Assembly (NCBI GenBank): GCA_030150315.1
Contig: JASLGB010000242.1
Span: 1-35,422, forward strand
Direction: 5' to 3'
DNA length: 35,422 nt
Origin: Dokdonella sp.
GTDB taxonomy: Bacteria; Pseudomonadota; Gammaproteobacteria; Xanthomonadales; Rhodanobacteraceae
The notes beneath the pieces are model-generated. The model saw only the letters and a program-made list of their open reading frames with translations, ran no database searches and was not told the DNA's origin. The translations under genes were made by a program, and so were the position numbers. Of this stretch, positions 1 to 6,694 are shown in pieces; positions within the stretch are counted from its first letter, which is position 1, and each line of letters opens with the position of its first letter.

Positions 1-1
1 G

Positions 2-79
2 CGGATGGCGAAGCTGCAAAAAGCCAGCGGACCGATCACCTGGTCGCGCCTCGGCGCACTGCCGCAGGAGTCCACATGA
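2..79 (+). CDS. 3' end of an upstream phage gene (partial)
   Basis: Frame 2 is open from the window edge (RMAKLQKASG...PQEST*). Its TGA overlaps the ATG at 76 (ATGA coupling). Confidence 0.5.
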   Translation, partial: RMAKLQKASGPITWSRLGALPQEST

Positions 80-588
80 GCCGCGGCGTGAACAAGGCTG
101 CCCTCGTGAGTTCGTACGCATCGGGTCGCAGCATTCCGGAAGTGGCGAGTGAGCACTCGGTTTCTCGAAGCGCTGTGCGAAAAGCGGCCCTAGAAGCAGG
201 AATTCTTCGAAGTCGTGCGGCCGGAGTTCGGCTTGCGGCGCGGAATGGAAAGCTCGGCAGCGGAACCCGAGGCAAGGCTCGCTTGTTCACGGCAGAGCAT
301 CGCCAATCCGTGAAGAAGGCCGCCATTCAGCGTGGCGCTGAGCGAGGCGCCGGCTACACCATCAAGCCCAACGGATACATGGAATTCACGCGCGGCCCGC
401 ACAAGGGGCGCGCAATCCACCGAGTGGTGGCGGAGCAAATGATTGGAAGGCCGCTTGGCCATGACGAAGTTGTCCACCACCGGGATTCAAATAGGCGGAA
501 CAACTCACCAGAGAACCTCGAAGTAATGACGCGCGCTGAGCACACCCGACTTCACCGGCAGGAGGCAAACCATGGCAAGGGGCGTTAA
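76..588 (+). CDS. HNH homing endonuclease (HNH_3-like) with N-terminal HTH-like region
   Basis: Motif [13 protein letters not shown]...[37 protein letters not shown] upstream. N-terminal [18 protein letters not shown] is HTH-like. Confidence 0.9.
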   Translation: MSRGVNKAALVSSYASGRSIPEVASEHSVSRSAVRKAALEAGILRSRAAGVRLAARNGKLGSGTRGKARLFTAEHRQSVKKAAIQRGAERGAGYTIKPNGYMEFTRGPHKGRAIHRVVAEQMIGRPLGHDEVVHHRDSNRRNNSPENLEVMTRAEHTRLHRQEANHGKGR

Positions 589-1054
589 TCGCGTGATCCT
601 GGTAGGCAATCTCGGCGCCGACCCCGAGACGCGCTACACCACCAACGGCGGCGCGATCACGAACATCCGCATCGCGACATCGGAGCAGTGGCGCGACAAG
701 CAAACCGGCGAGCAGCAGGAGCGCACCGAATGGCACCGCGTGGTGCTGTTCGGCAAGCTCGGCGAAATCGCCGGCGAGTACCTGAAGAAGGGCCGTCAGG
801 TCTACATCGAAGGCTCGCTGCGCACGAACAAGTACACCGACAAGGAAGGCATCGAGCGCTACACCACCGACATCGTCGCCAACGAGATGCAAATGCTCGG
901 CGGCGGTGGCCGCGAAAACGACCAGGGCGCACCGCAGCGGCAGCAACCCAGTGGCTCAAGCGCAGCGGCACGACAGTACGCCGACGCGAAGGCCGGCAAC
1001 CGCAGCGCATCACCGCCGCCCGAGGACTTCACCGACGACGACATTCCGTTCTAG
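572..1054 (+). CDS. ssb: single-stranded DNA-binding protein
   Basis: [42 protein letters not shown] and acidic C-terminus DDDIPF. Confidence 0.98.
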   Translation: MARGVNRVILVGNLGADPETRYTTNGGAITNIRIATSEQWRDKQTGEQQERTEWHRVVLFGKLGEIAGEYLKKGRQVYIEGSLRTNKYTDKEGIERYTTDIVANEMQMLGGGGRENDQGAPQRQQPSGSSAAARQYADAKAGNRSASPPPEDFTDDDIPF

Positions 1055-1105
1055 GTCCCGAATTAAGAGGCGGCGAAGCCGTCCGCCTTGAATGAACTGT
1101 TATGC
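1049..1105 (-). other. attC site 1 (degenerate R' end)
   Basis: The core gaattaagaggcggcgaagccgtccgccttgaatga differs from site 2 by one base and ends in gttatgc (1099-1105). The left end reads ttctagg (ssb stop) instead of ...TAAC. Confidence 0.75.
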
Positions 1106-1130
1106 CGCAGACGCGGCAGAGGAAGAAAGA

Positions 1131-1322
1131 ATGCAGTACATCATTGCTTGGCTGCTGTGCGTTTCGATGACGTTGGCGCACGTACTCACCGACGACGTTG
1201 ATTGGAAATGGTTGGCGATCAGCGACATTAACGTGACCGTCTGGCTGGGCGTTGCTTACATGATCGGCAAGTGCCGGAAGACAACGACGGTGAAAATCAT
1301 CAAGCTGAAAGATGCGGCATAA
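1131..1322 (+). CDS. cassette gene 1: small membrane protein (63 aa, two hydrophobic segments)
   Basis: ATG 1131 follows purine-rich gaggaagaaaga. Sequence MQYIIAWLLCVSMTLAHV...VTVWLGVAYMIG with a basic tail. The TAA lies within gcaTAAc. Confidence 0.7.
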   Translation: MQYIIAWLLCVSMTLAHVLTDDVDWKWLAISDINVTVWLGVAYMIGKCRKTTTVKIIKLKDAA

Positions 1323-1373
1323 CGCTTGAATTAAGTGGCGGCGAAGCCGTCCGCCTTGAATGACGTGTTGGGG
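1317..1373 (-). other. attC site 2 (57 bp)
   Basis: gcataac-gcttga-attaagt...ccttgaat-gacgt-gttgggg: R and L boxes, with the extra G in cttGaat on +. Confidence 0.88.
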
Positions 1374-1400
1374 TGCGCCCGGCCACGGAACGGAGCAATC

Positions 1401-1685
1401 ATGATCACAGATAGAGCGCACGCAGTTAGATGGGCGAAGAGAGTAATCCGGAGTCTCGGGAACGAAATCATTTATTCGCGGTGGCACTGGACAACAAATG
1501 CACACACGACGGCATGCGGGCGTCTGATTAGCGTGATCTCTGACACGCCCCACACGCTGCCCGAAGCCGATGACGACTCAGCACGAGTGGATTGCGCACA
1601 GTGCATCAAGCAGATGCAGCCCAACGCAGAGCTGTGCGGCTCGCCGGAGCGCAGCGTAGGCGAGTCCGAACGAGCGCCGGGTTAG
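1401..1685 (+). CDS. cassette gene 2: hypothetical protein with H/C...CxxC (possible Zn-binding); reads through attC 3
   Basis: GGAG RBS before ATG 1401. WHWT...TACG...DCAQC. Stop TAG lies in gtTAGgc. Confidence 0.65.
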   Translation: MITDRAHAVRWAKRVIRSLGNEIIYSRWHWTTNAHTTACGRLISVISDTPHTLPEADDDSARVDCAQCIKQMQPNAELCGSPERSVGESERAPG

Positions 1686-1687
1686 GC
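1619..1687 (-). other. attC site 3 (69 bp, divergent type)
   Basis: gcccaac...ctgtgcggctcgcc / ggcgagTccgaacGag...gttaggc, a stem with extra T and G on +. Confidence 0.8.
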
Positions 1688-1702
1688 GCGGAGGATTGAG
1701 AA

Positions 1703-1888
1703 ATGGGAATGCTACCGAATGACGTTGCACGATGCGCCGGAGTTGGTGACGACGAAGAAGGCTGGCGCGAAGGCTGCGAAGACTGCGCCCGCAGACTGGC
1801 TGAATCAACCAGTGACGTATCGGCATGGATGATGCCACCGGCCATCATTGCATTCTGGTGCGAGTTCAGGATAGCGCCTAACGACTGA
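1703..1888 (+). CDS. cassette gene 3: small Cys-rich hypothetical protein (61 aa)
   Basis: GGAGG RBS. DVARCAG...CEDCARR...WCEFRI. Stop lies inside attC 4. Confidence 0.75.
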   Translation: MGMLPNDVARCAGVGDDEEGWREGCEDCARRLAESTSDVSAWMMPPAIIAFWCEFRIAPND

Positions 1889-1935
1889 ATTAAGCCGCGC
1901 CGCGAAGCGGCGTCGGCTTGAATGAACTGTTAGGC
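1876..1935 (-). other. attC site 4 (60 bp, aadA/Xanthomonas-like)
   Basis: The - strand reads GCCTAAC AGTTC ATTCAAGC CGACGCCGC TTC GCGGCGCG GCTTAAT TCAGTC GTTAGGC, a textbook R''-L''-L'-R' layout. Confidence 0.95.
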
Positions 1936-1955
1936 GGCATTACAGGAGAACTGAA

Positions 1956-2213
1956 ATGTGTATTCACAAGTACAAAGTATGGTGGCCAGAGCAAGGGCAA
2001 ACGCAAGACGATGCCCGCGTATTTGAAGGTTTTGACCATGAGGGCGCGGCGGCAGCATGGGCCGACTGGTACGACCACTACAGCGCAGACTATCTGATCG
2101 TTGGTGGAGCAACGCCGGAAGTGCAGGTGCTGCGCGAAGGTGAAGCGTGTCCGAGAACCGTTCTGGTGATGGGCGAGACAACGCGCGTATACAGCGGTCA
2201 TCTTGCCGCCTAA
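1956..2213 (+). CDS. cassette gene 4: hypothetical protein (85 aa)
   Basis: AGGAG RBS. The ORF fills the cassette. The TAA lies within gccTAAc. Confidence 0.78.
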   Translation: MCIHKYKVWWPEQGQTQDDARVFEGFDHEGAAAAWADWYDHYSADYLIVGGATPEVQVLREGEACPRTVLVMGETTRVYSGHLAA

Positions 2214-2269
2214 CGCTTGAGTTGAGCTGCCGCAGCGAAGCTGCGGTCAGCCCGGACGAATTGTTAGCC
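2208..2269 (-). other. attC site 5 (62 bp)
   Basis: gcctaac-gcttga-gttgagc-tgccgcagc-gaa-gctgcggTca-gcccggac-gaatt-gttagcc. Confidence 0.85.
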
Positions 2270-2295
2270 GGCCACGCCGGCAGGAGAAGTGAAAA

Positions 2296-2478
2296 ATGCA
2301 GCTTTGTGGAAAATTGTACGAAATAGGCATGCTCGAAGGCTCTGGTGCGCGCGGTATCCGCGTCGAGAGCAACGGCGAAACCGTCGAGCTTTCTGGCATG
2401 ACCGTGGCCGAACTGAAAAGCATCGCTGGCCTTTGGGGCGAACAAGTGACAATCACGATTGAGCCGGCTAACACCTGA
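2296..2478 (+). CDS. cassette gene 5: hypothetical protein (60 aa)
   Basis: CAGGAG RBS. The ORF fills the cassette and stops inside attC 6. Confidence 0.72.
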   Translation: MQLCGKLYEIGMLEGSGARGIRVESNGETVELSGMTVAELKSIAGLWGEQVTITIEPANT

Positions 2479-2525
2479 ATTAAGCCGAGCCCCGAAGGGG
2501 CGTCGGCTTGAATGAACTGTTAGCG
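2466..2525 (-). other. attC site 6 (60 bp, same family as site 4)
   Basis: ggctaac-acctga-attaagc-cgagcccc-gaa-ggggcgtcg-gcttgaat-gaact-gttagcg. Confidence 0.93.
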
Positions 2526-2545
2526 CCCTGCCGCACGGAGGACCC

Positions 2546-2797
2546 ATGGCACACCGCACTGAAACCGGGTTTGAAACCAAGAATCTCCGCGTGGAGCTCT
2601 TGACCGATGGCCTTGTCCGCGTGCTGAACACGCGGAATGGGCAGTACGTTGAAGTCTCGCAGTCCGACAAGGGCATGAAGTCCTTTGTCCACTGCGGGCA
2701 CATGGAGCCGGACGAACTGGCGCGCTATTTGGGCGCTAACAAGCGTTATCCGTCGGAAACGACTGATAACGCGACGAGAAACCCAAACGGGAATTGA
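2546..2797 (+). CDS. cassette gene 6: hypothetical protein (83 aa); reads through the array boundary
   Basis: GGAGG RBS. Flanked by gttagcgccc (2519) and gggcgctaac (2731-2740). Confidence 0.72.
   Translation: MAHRTETGFETKNLRVELLTDGLVRVLNTRNGQYVEVSQSDKGMKSFVHCGHMEPDELARYLGANKRYPSETTDNATRNPNGN
2734..2772. other. array boundary: core site plus non-attC hairpin (candidate attI-like/primary insertion site)
   Basis: cgctaac followed by gcgttatc-c-gtcg-gaaa-cgac-t-gataacgc, with no closing GTTRRRY. Confidence 0.5.
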
Positions 2798-2799
2798 TC

Positions 2800-3066
2800 A
2801 TGGCAAACCGAAACACTGAACCACGCGCCGATTCATCCCCGCCCCAGGGCGCCGTCGTCATCAGCGCGCTGAGCCACGAGGGCCTGCGCGTAGAAACTGC
2901 CGGCGGCAAGCGCGTGCGGATGGCGGTTGTCGACGACGACGGCAACGTCATCGCCGCCGGCGATGAAGTCGCCGCTGCCGCGTTCGAGGCGTCGGTCAAA
3001 TCCTACCGCGCGTTTCTGCGCGGCACCGGCCACATCCGCGAGCTTGCCCGCCCCGTGACCCCTTGA
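2800..3066 (+). CDS. small protein upstream of the integrase, possible recombination directionality factor
   Basis: High-GC phage-like codon use. Located immediately upstream of the serine integrase. Function is inferred from position only. Confidence 0.55.
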   Translation: MANRNTEPRADSSPPQGAVVISALSHEGLRVETAGGKRVRMAVVDDDGNVIAAGDEVAAAAFEASVKSYRAFLRGTGHIRELARPVTP

Positions 3067-3151
3067 TCTGTAGTTTATAGTTGGTTGCCTTCGGGCACCC
3101 TAACGATGTGAACGCTATACTGGGGTTTCTGCGGCGGCTCATAGCGCGGTC

Positions 3152-4810
3152 ATGCCTCAAAACCCCAGAGTTTACAGCTATCTGCGCTTCAGCGACCCGC
3201 GGCAGGCCGCCGGCAGCAGCGCGGACCGGCAGCTCGAGTATGCCCGGCGGTGGGCCAGCGATCGCGGGATGACGCTGGACGCCGCGCTGTCGATGCAAGA
3301 CGAAGGCTTGTCGGCGTACCACCAGCGTCACGTCACGCGCGGCGCGCTCGGCGTGTTTTTGCAGGCCGTGGATGAGGGGCGCATCACACGCGGGTCGGTG
3401 TTGATCGTGGAGGGGCTGGACCGTCTCAGCCGCGCGGAGCCGATCCAAGCTCAGGCGCAGCTCGCGCAGATCATCAACGCCGGCATCACGGTCGTCACAG
3501 CGAGCGATGGCCGCGAGTACAACCGCAACGGGCTGAAAGCGCAGCCGATGGACCTCGTGTACAGCCTGCTCGTGATGATCCGAGCGCACGAAGAATCAGA
3601 CACAAAATCCAAGCGCGTGCGCGCCGCGATCCACCGGCAATGCCAGGGCTGGATCGCGGGGACATGGCGCGGCGTAGTTCGCAACGGTCGCGATCCGCAC
3701 TGGCAGCGGCTGGACGCCGGCGAGTTTCGCATCGTTGAAGAACGTGCGGCCGCCGTGCACCGGGCTATCGAGCTGTTCGTCCGCGGGTACGGCGGCAAGC
3801 AGATCATGTCCGCGCTGGAATCCGAGGGCCTGCAACTGACGAACGGCGGCAACCCGGCCGGGCAGCTCTATCGCATCATCCGCAACCGCGCACTGACCGG
3901 TGAGAAGCTGATCGAAGTCGACGGCCAGGAGTACCGCCTAGAGGGCTACTACCCGCCCCTGCTGACCCCGGCCGAGTTCGCCGAGCTGCAGCACCTGGCC
4001 GCCGCGCGCGCGCGCATCAAAGGCGGAAGCGAGATCCCAGCGATTATCACCGGCATGCGCCTGACGACCTGCGGCTACTGCGGCAGCGCCGTTGCGTCGC
4101 AAAATTTGATGGGGCGAAAGCGGCGCGAGGATGGCAAGCCGCAGGACGGTCACCGCCGCCTGATCTGCGTCGGAAACTCGCAGGGCAGTGGCTGCGCAGT
4201 CGCCGGCAGTTGCAGCGTCGTGCCGATCGAGCGGGCGCTGATGGCGTTCTGCGCGGACAAGATGAACCTTCGGCGACTGCTCAAGGGCAGCAGCCGCAGC
4301 GAGGCGCTGGCGTCAGAGCTTGCCGTTGCCCGCGCGCATGCCGCGGACGTCGCAGCGAAGATCGAACGCATCACCGACGCGATGTTGTCCGACGCCGGCG
4401 CCACAGCGCCGGCCTCTTTTCTGCGCCGCGCCCGCGAAATGGAGGCCGAACTGGAGCAGGAGCGCGGCCGCATCGCACGCATCGAGAACGATCTTTCCGC
4501 CGCAACGTCCGCGCCCACTCCCGCCGCCGCTGCCGTGTGGGCTGAGCTGGCCGTCGGCGTCGCGGATCTCGACGTCGATGTCCGCATGCGAGCCCGGCAG
4601 CTCATCGCAGACACGTTCGAGCGCATCGTGATCTACCACCGCGGCCGCGTGCCAGGGCCTGCGCAGAAGCGAACCGGCACGATCGACATCGTGCTGATCG
4701 CGAAGCGCGGCGCCACGCGGCTACTGCAGATTGATCGGCAAAGCGGTGAGTGGAAAGCCGGCGAGGACGTCGACGCAACGGAGCTTCCGCTGCCGCCGGC
4801 GGCGAGGTAG
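3152..4810 (+). CDS. large serine recombinase (phage integrase)
   Basis: Catalytic YLRFS, EGLDRLSR, recombinase domain, CGYCG...C...C zinc ribbon and a coiled coil. Confidence 0.95.
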   Translation: MPQNPRVYSYLRFSDPRQAAGSSADRQLEYARRWASDRGMTLDAALSMQDEGLSAYHQRHVTRGALGVFLQAVDEGRITRGSVLIVEGLDRLSRAEPIQAQAQLAQIINAGITVVTASDGREYNRNGLKAQPMDLVYSLLVMIRAHEESDTKSKRVRAAIHRQCQGWIAGTWRGVVRNGRDPHWQRLDAGEFRIVEERAAAVHRAIELFVRGYGGKQIMSALESEGLQLTNGGNPAGQLYRIIRNRALTGEKLIEVDGQEYRLEGYYPPLLTPAEFAELQHLAAARARIKGGSEIPAIITGMRLTTCGYCGSAVASQNLMGRKRREDGKPQDGHRRLICVGNSQGSGCAVAGSCSVVPIERALMAFCADKMNLRRLLKGSSRSEALASELAVARAHAADVAAKIERITDAMLSDAGATAPASFLRRAREMEAELEQERGRIARIENDLSAATSAPTPAAAAVWAELAVGVADLDVDVRMRARQLIADTFERIVIYHRGRVPGPAQKRTGTIDIVLIAKRGATRLLQIDRQSGEWKAGEDVDATELPLPPAAR

Positions 4811-4914
4811 AGCGCCCCATCAGTCGGCATGCAGAGCAACCCACGCGCGGGATGCGTTCGCCAGGACTTCAGGGGCGCGGCCAGATTGACGGCGCGGCGC
4901 GCGGCGGTGAATCG

Positions 4915-5136
4915 TCAGTCCCCGCGGCGCACTGTAGGAAAACGGATCGAAGCACTTCGCAGCGCATGCTCTACCGCCGCACGCTTGCTGCCGTGCGCAT
5001 CGACAAGGGCGGACAGCGACGCGATGGCGGCCGGATCGGTGAGAATCACGTCGACGCGCATGCCGCCGTCGCTGATCGTCCGTGCGCGCGACTTCGCGAC
5101 ACGCTCGGATGCCGTTTTCGGGGCCGTTTTCTTCAC
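4915..5136 (-). CDS. small basic DNA-binding-like protein (73 aa)
   Basis: GTG start after GGAGGG, overlapping the upstream stop. KTASERVAKSRAR...RVDVIL resembles small RHH-type regulators. Confidence 0.6.
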   Translation of the reverse strand: MKKTAPKTASERVAKSRARTISDGGMRVDVILTDPAAIASLSALVDAHGSKRAAVEHALRSASIRFPTVRRGD

Positions 5137-5573
5137 CAACCCTCCCTCCGCACAAGCGCCATCCCGACAGTTTTTGTCCAAACATCGAACCAAGGCGGCA
5201 GCACGAATTCCGGCGCGTAGCAGCGGACAGCGCACCACGGCGCAGCGGCCGGCATGTCCACATCGCTCAGCGCGTCGCCGCCGCCCGCTCGCAACGCGGC
5301 CCACAGCCCGGGTGCCGCGCGGCTGTGTAGGCACACACCTACATCCGCCAGCGGCGCGCCCTCGTCCCAGAGCCGCACCAGAGCGCGCTTGCCGCTGATC
5401 TCGCCCGTGACTGCATACGGGCCGGCGCGCTTGCCGACCGCGCCGGGCACGCCAAGGGTTAGCGGAATCAGCGCTTGATCGATGACGCGGGCCTCTTCTG
5501 CCGCGTCGACGTCATCCGCGGTGACGCGCTCGCTCACGCCGTCGTTGAGCACCACCCACGTAACGTACTTCAT
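5133..5573 (-). CDS. hypothetical protein (146 aa)
   Basis: ATG 5573 (MKYVTWVVLNDG) overlaps the stop of the upstream ORF (ATGA). Confidence 0.7.
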   Translation of the reverse strand: MKYVTWVVLNDGVSERVTADDVDAAEEARVIDQALIPLTLGVPGAVGKRAGPYAVTGEISGKRALVRLWDEGAPLADVGVCLHSRAAPGLWAALRAGGGDALSDVDMPAAAPWCAVRCYAPEFVLPPWFDVWTKTVGMALVRREGW

Positions 5574-6304
5574 GCAATCACCAAAATTTTGGGAATGTGC
5601 GCGCCGACTTCCGGCACATCGTCCGGATCTACGAAGCGACGACCGCCGCCTGCGATTGATGTGAGCTGGGTTTCGGGGTCGACGACAAGAAAGGCCCACT
5701 CCGCCGCGAAATTTCCAGACTCAACGACCAGCGGCCTATCAGCGTGCAGCGGAGCGACAACCCAAGCGGACGGGTAAGCGTGCGATGCGTATTCCCGCAC
5801 CGGCACCCCCATGTTTCCGTACCTTCGAACCTTCCCAGCCGGCGGTATGTCGATCGCAGCGTACCGTTCCGCCGCAACCAGTAGTCGCCCTTGCACCGCC
5901 CCCATTCCCCAGCCCCTGCCAAGCGCACGGTCTCCGGTGAACATGACAATCAGGCCACGCACCATTTCTACGCCATCGCGCGTGTGCAGCGTCGGCGGCG
6001 GCTTGCGGGGCGCGAATGTTCCTCGCTCGATGGAGGCCGTCATGAACTCAGCGTACTGCTGCTGAGTCCAGCTTGCGTTCCTCGTTTCCCATGTGCCGCG
6101 CCGAACATCGTAGTAGCCGATCGGGAATGACTTCGGCCCATCCCGCTTGTCTGCTGCTGCGGATGACCACCACTCGATGCCGCGCAGGGAAAATCCTTCG
6201 AAGTAGATCCGGCGCAGCTCGCCGTCTGCGAACCACGGCCTTCCCCCGACGAGGTAGTGTCGGAAGAAGGGGTCGCCCTCTTCGCAGAGCATTTTCTTAG
6301 TCAT
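5570..6304 (-). CDS. hypothetical protein (~240 aa; start 6304 or 6292)
   Basis: Long aromatic-rich ORF coupled to neighbours on both sides. Confidence 0.7.
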   Translation of the reverse strand: MTKKMLCEEGDPFFRHYLVGGRPWFADGELRRIYFEGFSLRGIEWWSSAAADKRDGPKSFPIGYYDVRRGTWETRNASWTQQQYAEFMTASIERGTFAPRKPPPTLHTRDGVEMVRGLIVMFTGDRALGRGWGMGAVQGRLLVAAERYAAIDIPPAGKVRRYGNMGVPVREYASHAYPSAWVVAPLHADRPLVVESGNFAAEWAFLVVDPETQLTSIAGGGRRFVDPDDVPEVGAHIPKILVIA

Positions 6305-6569
6305 ACGCGTAGAACTGTGCTGCGAGGCGCTGCGCCGGGGTCGTGGGCTGGCTTGCGCACAGTGCGCGATCAAGCATAGCGCTCATCGCCGCATCCATCG
6401 CCGCGCGCTCTGCGCCGCTCACGGGCATCCCGCACGCGACGGACATGTCGTACTGCACGCCCCCGCTGATGACGTAGCGGTTGGAGGCCTCATCGAATGC
6501 CGGAAGATTGCGACCAGCAGCGGCTTTGCGGCAGATACCGTAGAACTTCTTGAAAGTTTGCTTGCTCAT
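6297..6569 (-). CDS. hypothetical protein (90 aa), first gene of an accessory operon
   Basis: AGGAG RBS. Lies downstream of a sigma70-like promoter. Confidence 0.75.
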   Translation of the reverse strand: MSKQTFKKFYGICRKAAAGRNLPAFDEASNRYVISGGVQYDMSVACGMPVSGAERAAMDAAMSAMLDRALCASQPTTPAQRLAAQFYAYD

Positions 6570-6629
6570 TTTCTTGCTCCTGCCCCTGGTGGCCCGAGGC
6601 GCGGCTGGTCGGTTCCCGACCGTGGAGCC

Positions 6630-6658
6630 ATCATCTCACGTTATCCGGCTAACGTCAA
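6630..6658 (-). promoter_or_regulatory. sigma70-like promoter with overlapping palindromic operator
   Basis: The - strand reads TTGACG-17 bp-GATGAT with an A-tract upstream. Palindrome acgtta-tccggc-taacgt at 6638-6655. Confidence 0.6.
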
Positions 6659-6694
6659 CCCCTTTTTTCAAACTTTCGATTGCGCAGTGCAGCA

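Larger units (their letters stand above)
1049..2772 (-). mobile_element. array of six integron-type gene cassettes without intI (CALIN-like); attC top strand on -, cargo genes on +
   Basis: Six attC-like imperfect palindromes alternate with single small ORFs. Each ORF is flanked by a mutually complementary GTTRRRY...RYYYAAC pair. Confidence 0.88.

Noticed and set aside
1049..2525. Repeats read as a CRISPR array, REP elements or terminators
   Set aside because: The spacers are 190-280 bp whole genes, the repeats vary in sequence and length, there are no cas genes or U-tracts, and the R/L box architecture fits attC.
1890..2703. Minus-strand ORFs (1890-2201, 2480-2701, 1930-2703) as canonical-orientation cassette genes
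   Set aside because: They have no clear RBS, and their ends are just translated attC (NSSFKPTPLRG). The + ORFs have strong RBSs and fill each cassette. Not excluded experimentally.
3152..4810. Adjacent recombinase as the integron integrase
   Set aside because: It is a serine recombinase. IntI enzymes are tyrosine recombinases acting on folded single-stranded attC. It is best explained as the phage integrase.
6639..6647. cgttatccg shared between the operator and the array-boundary hairpin (2744-2752)
   Set aside because: A 9-bp match in different palindrome geometries could be chance, so it is not enough to claim shared regulation.
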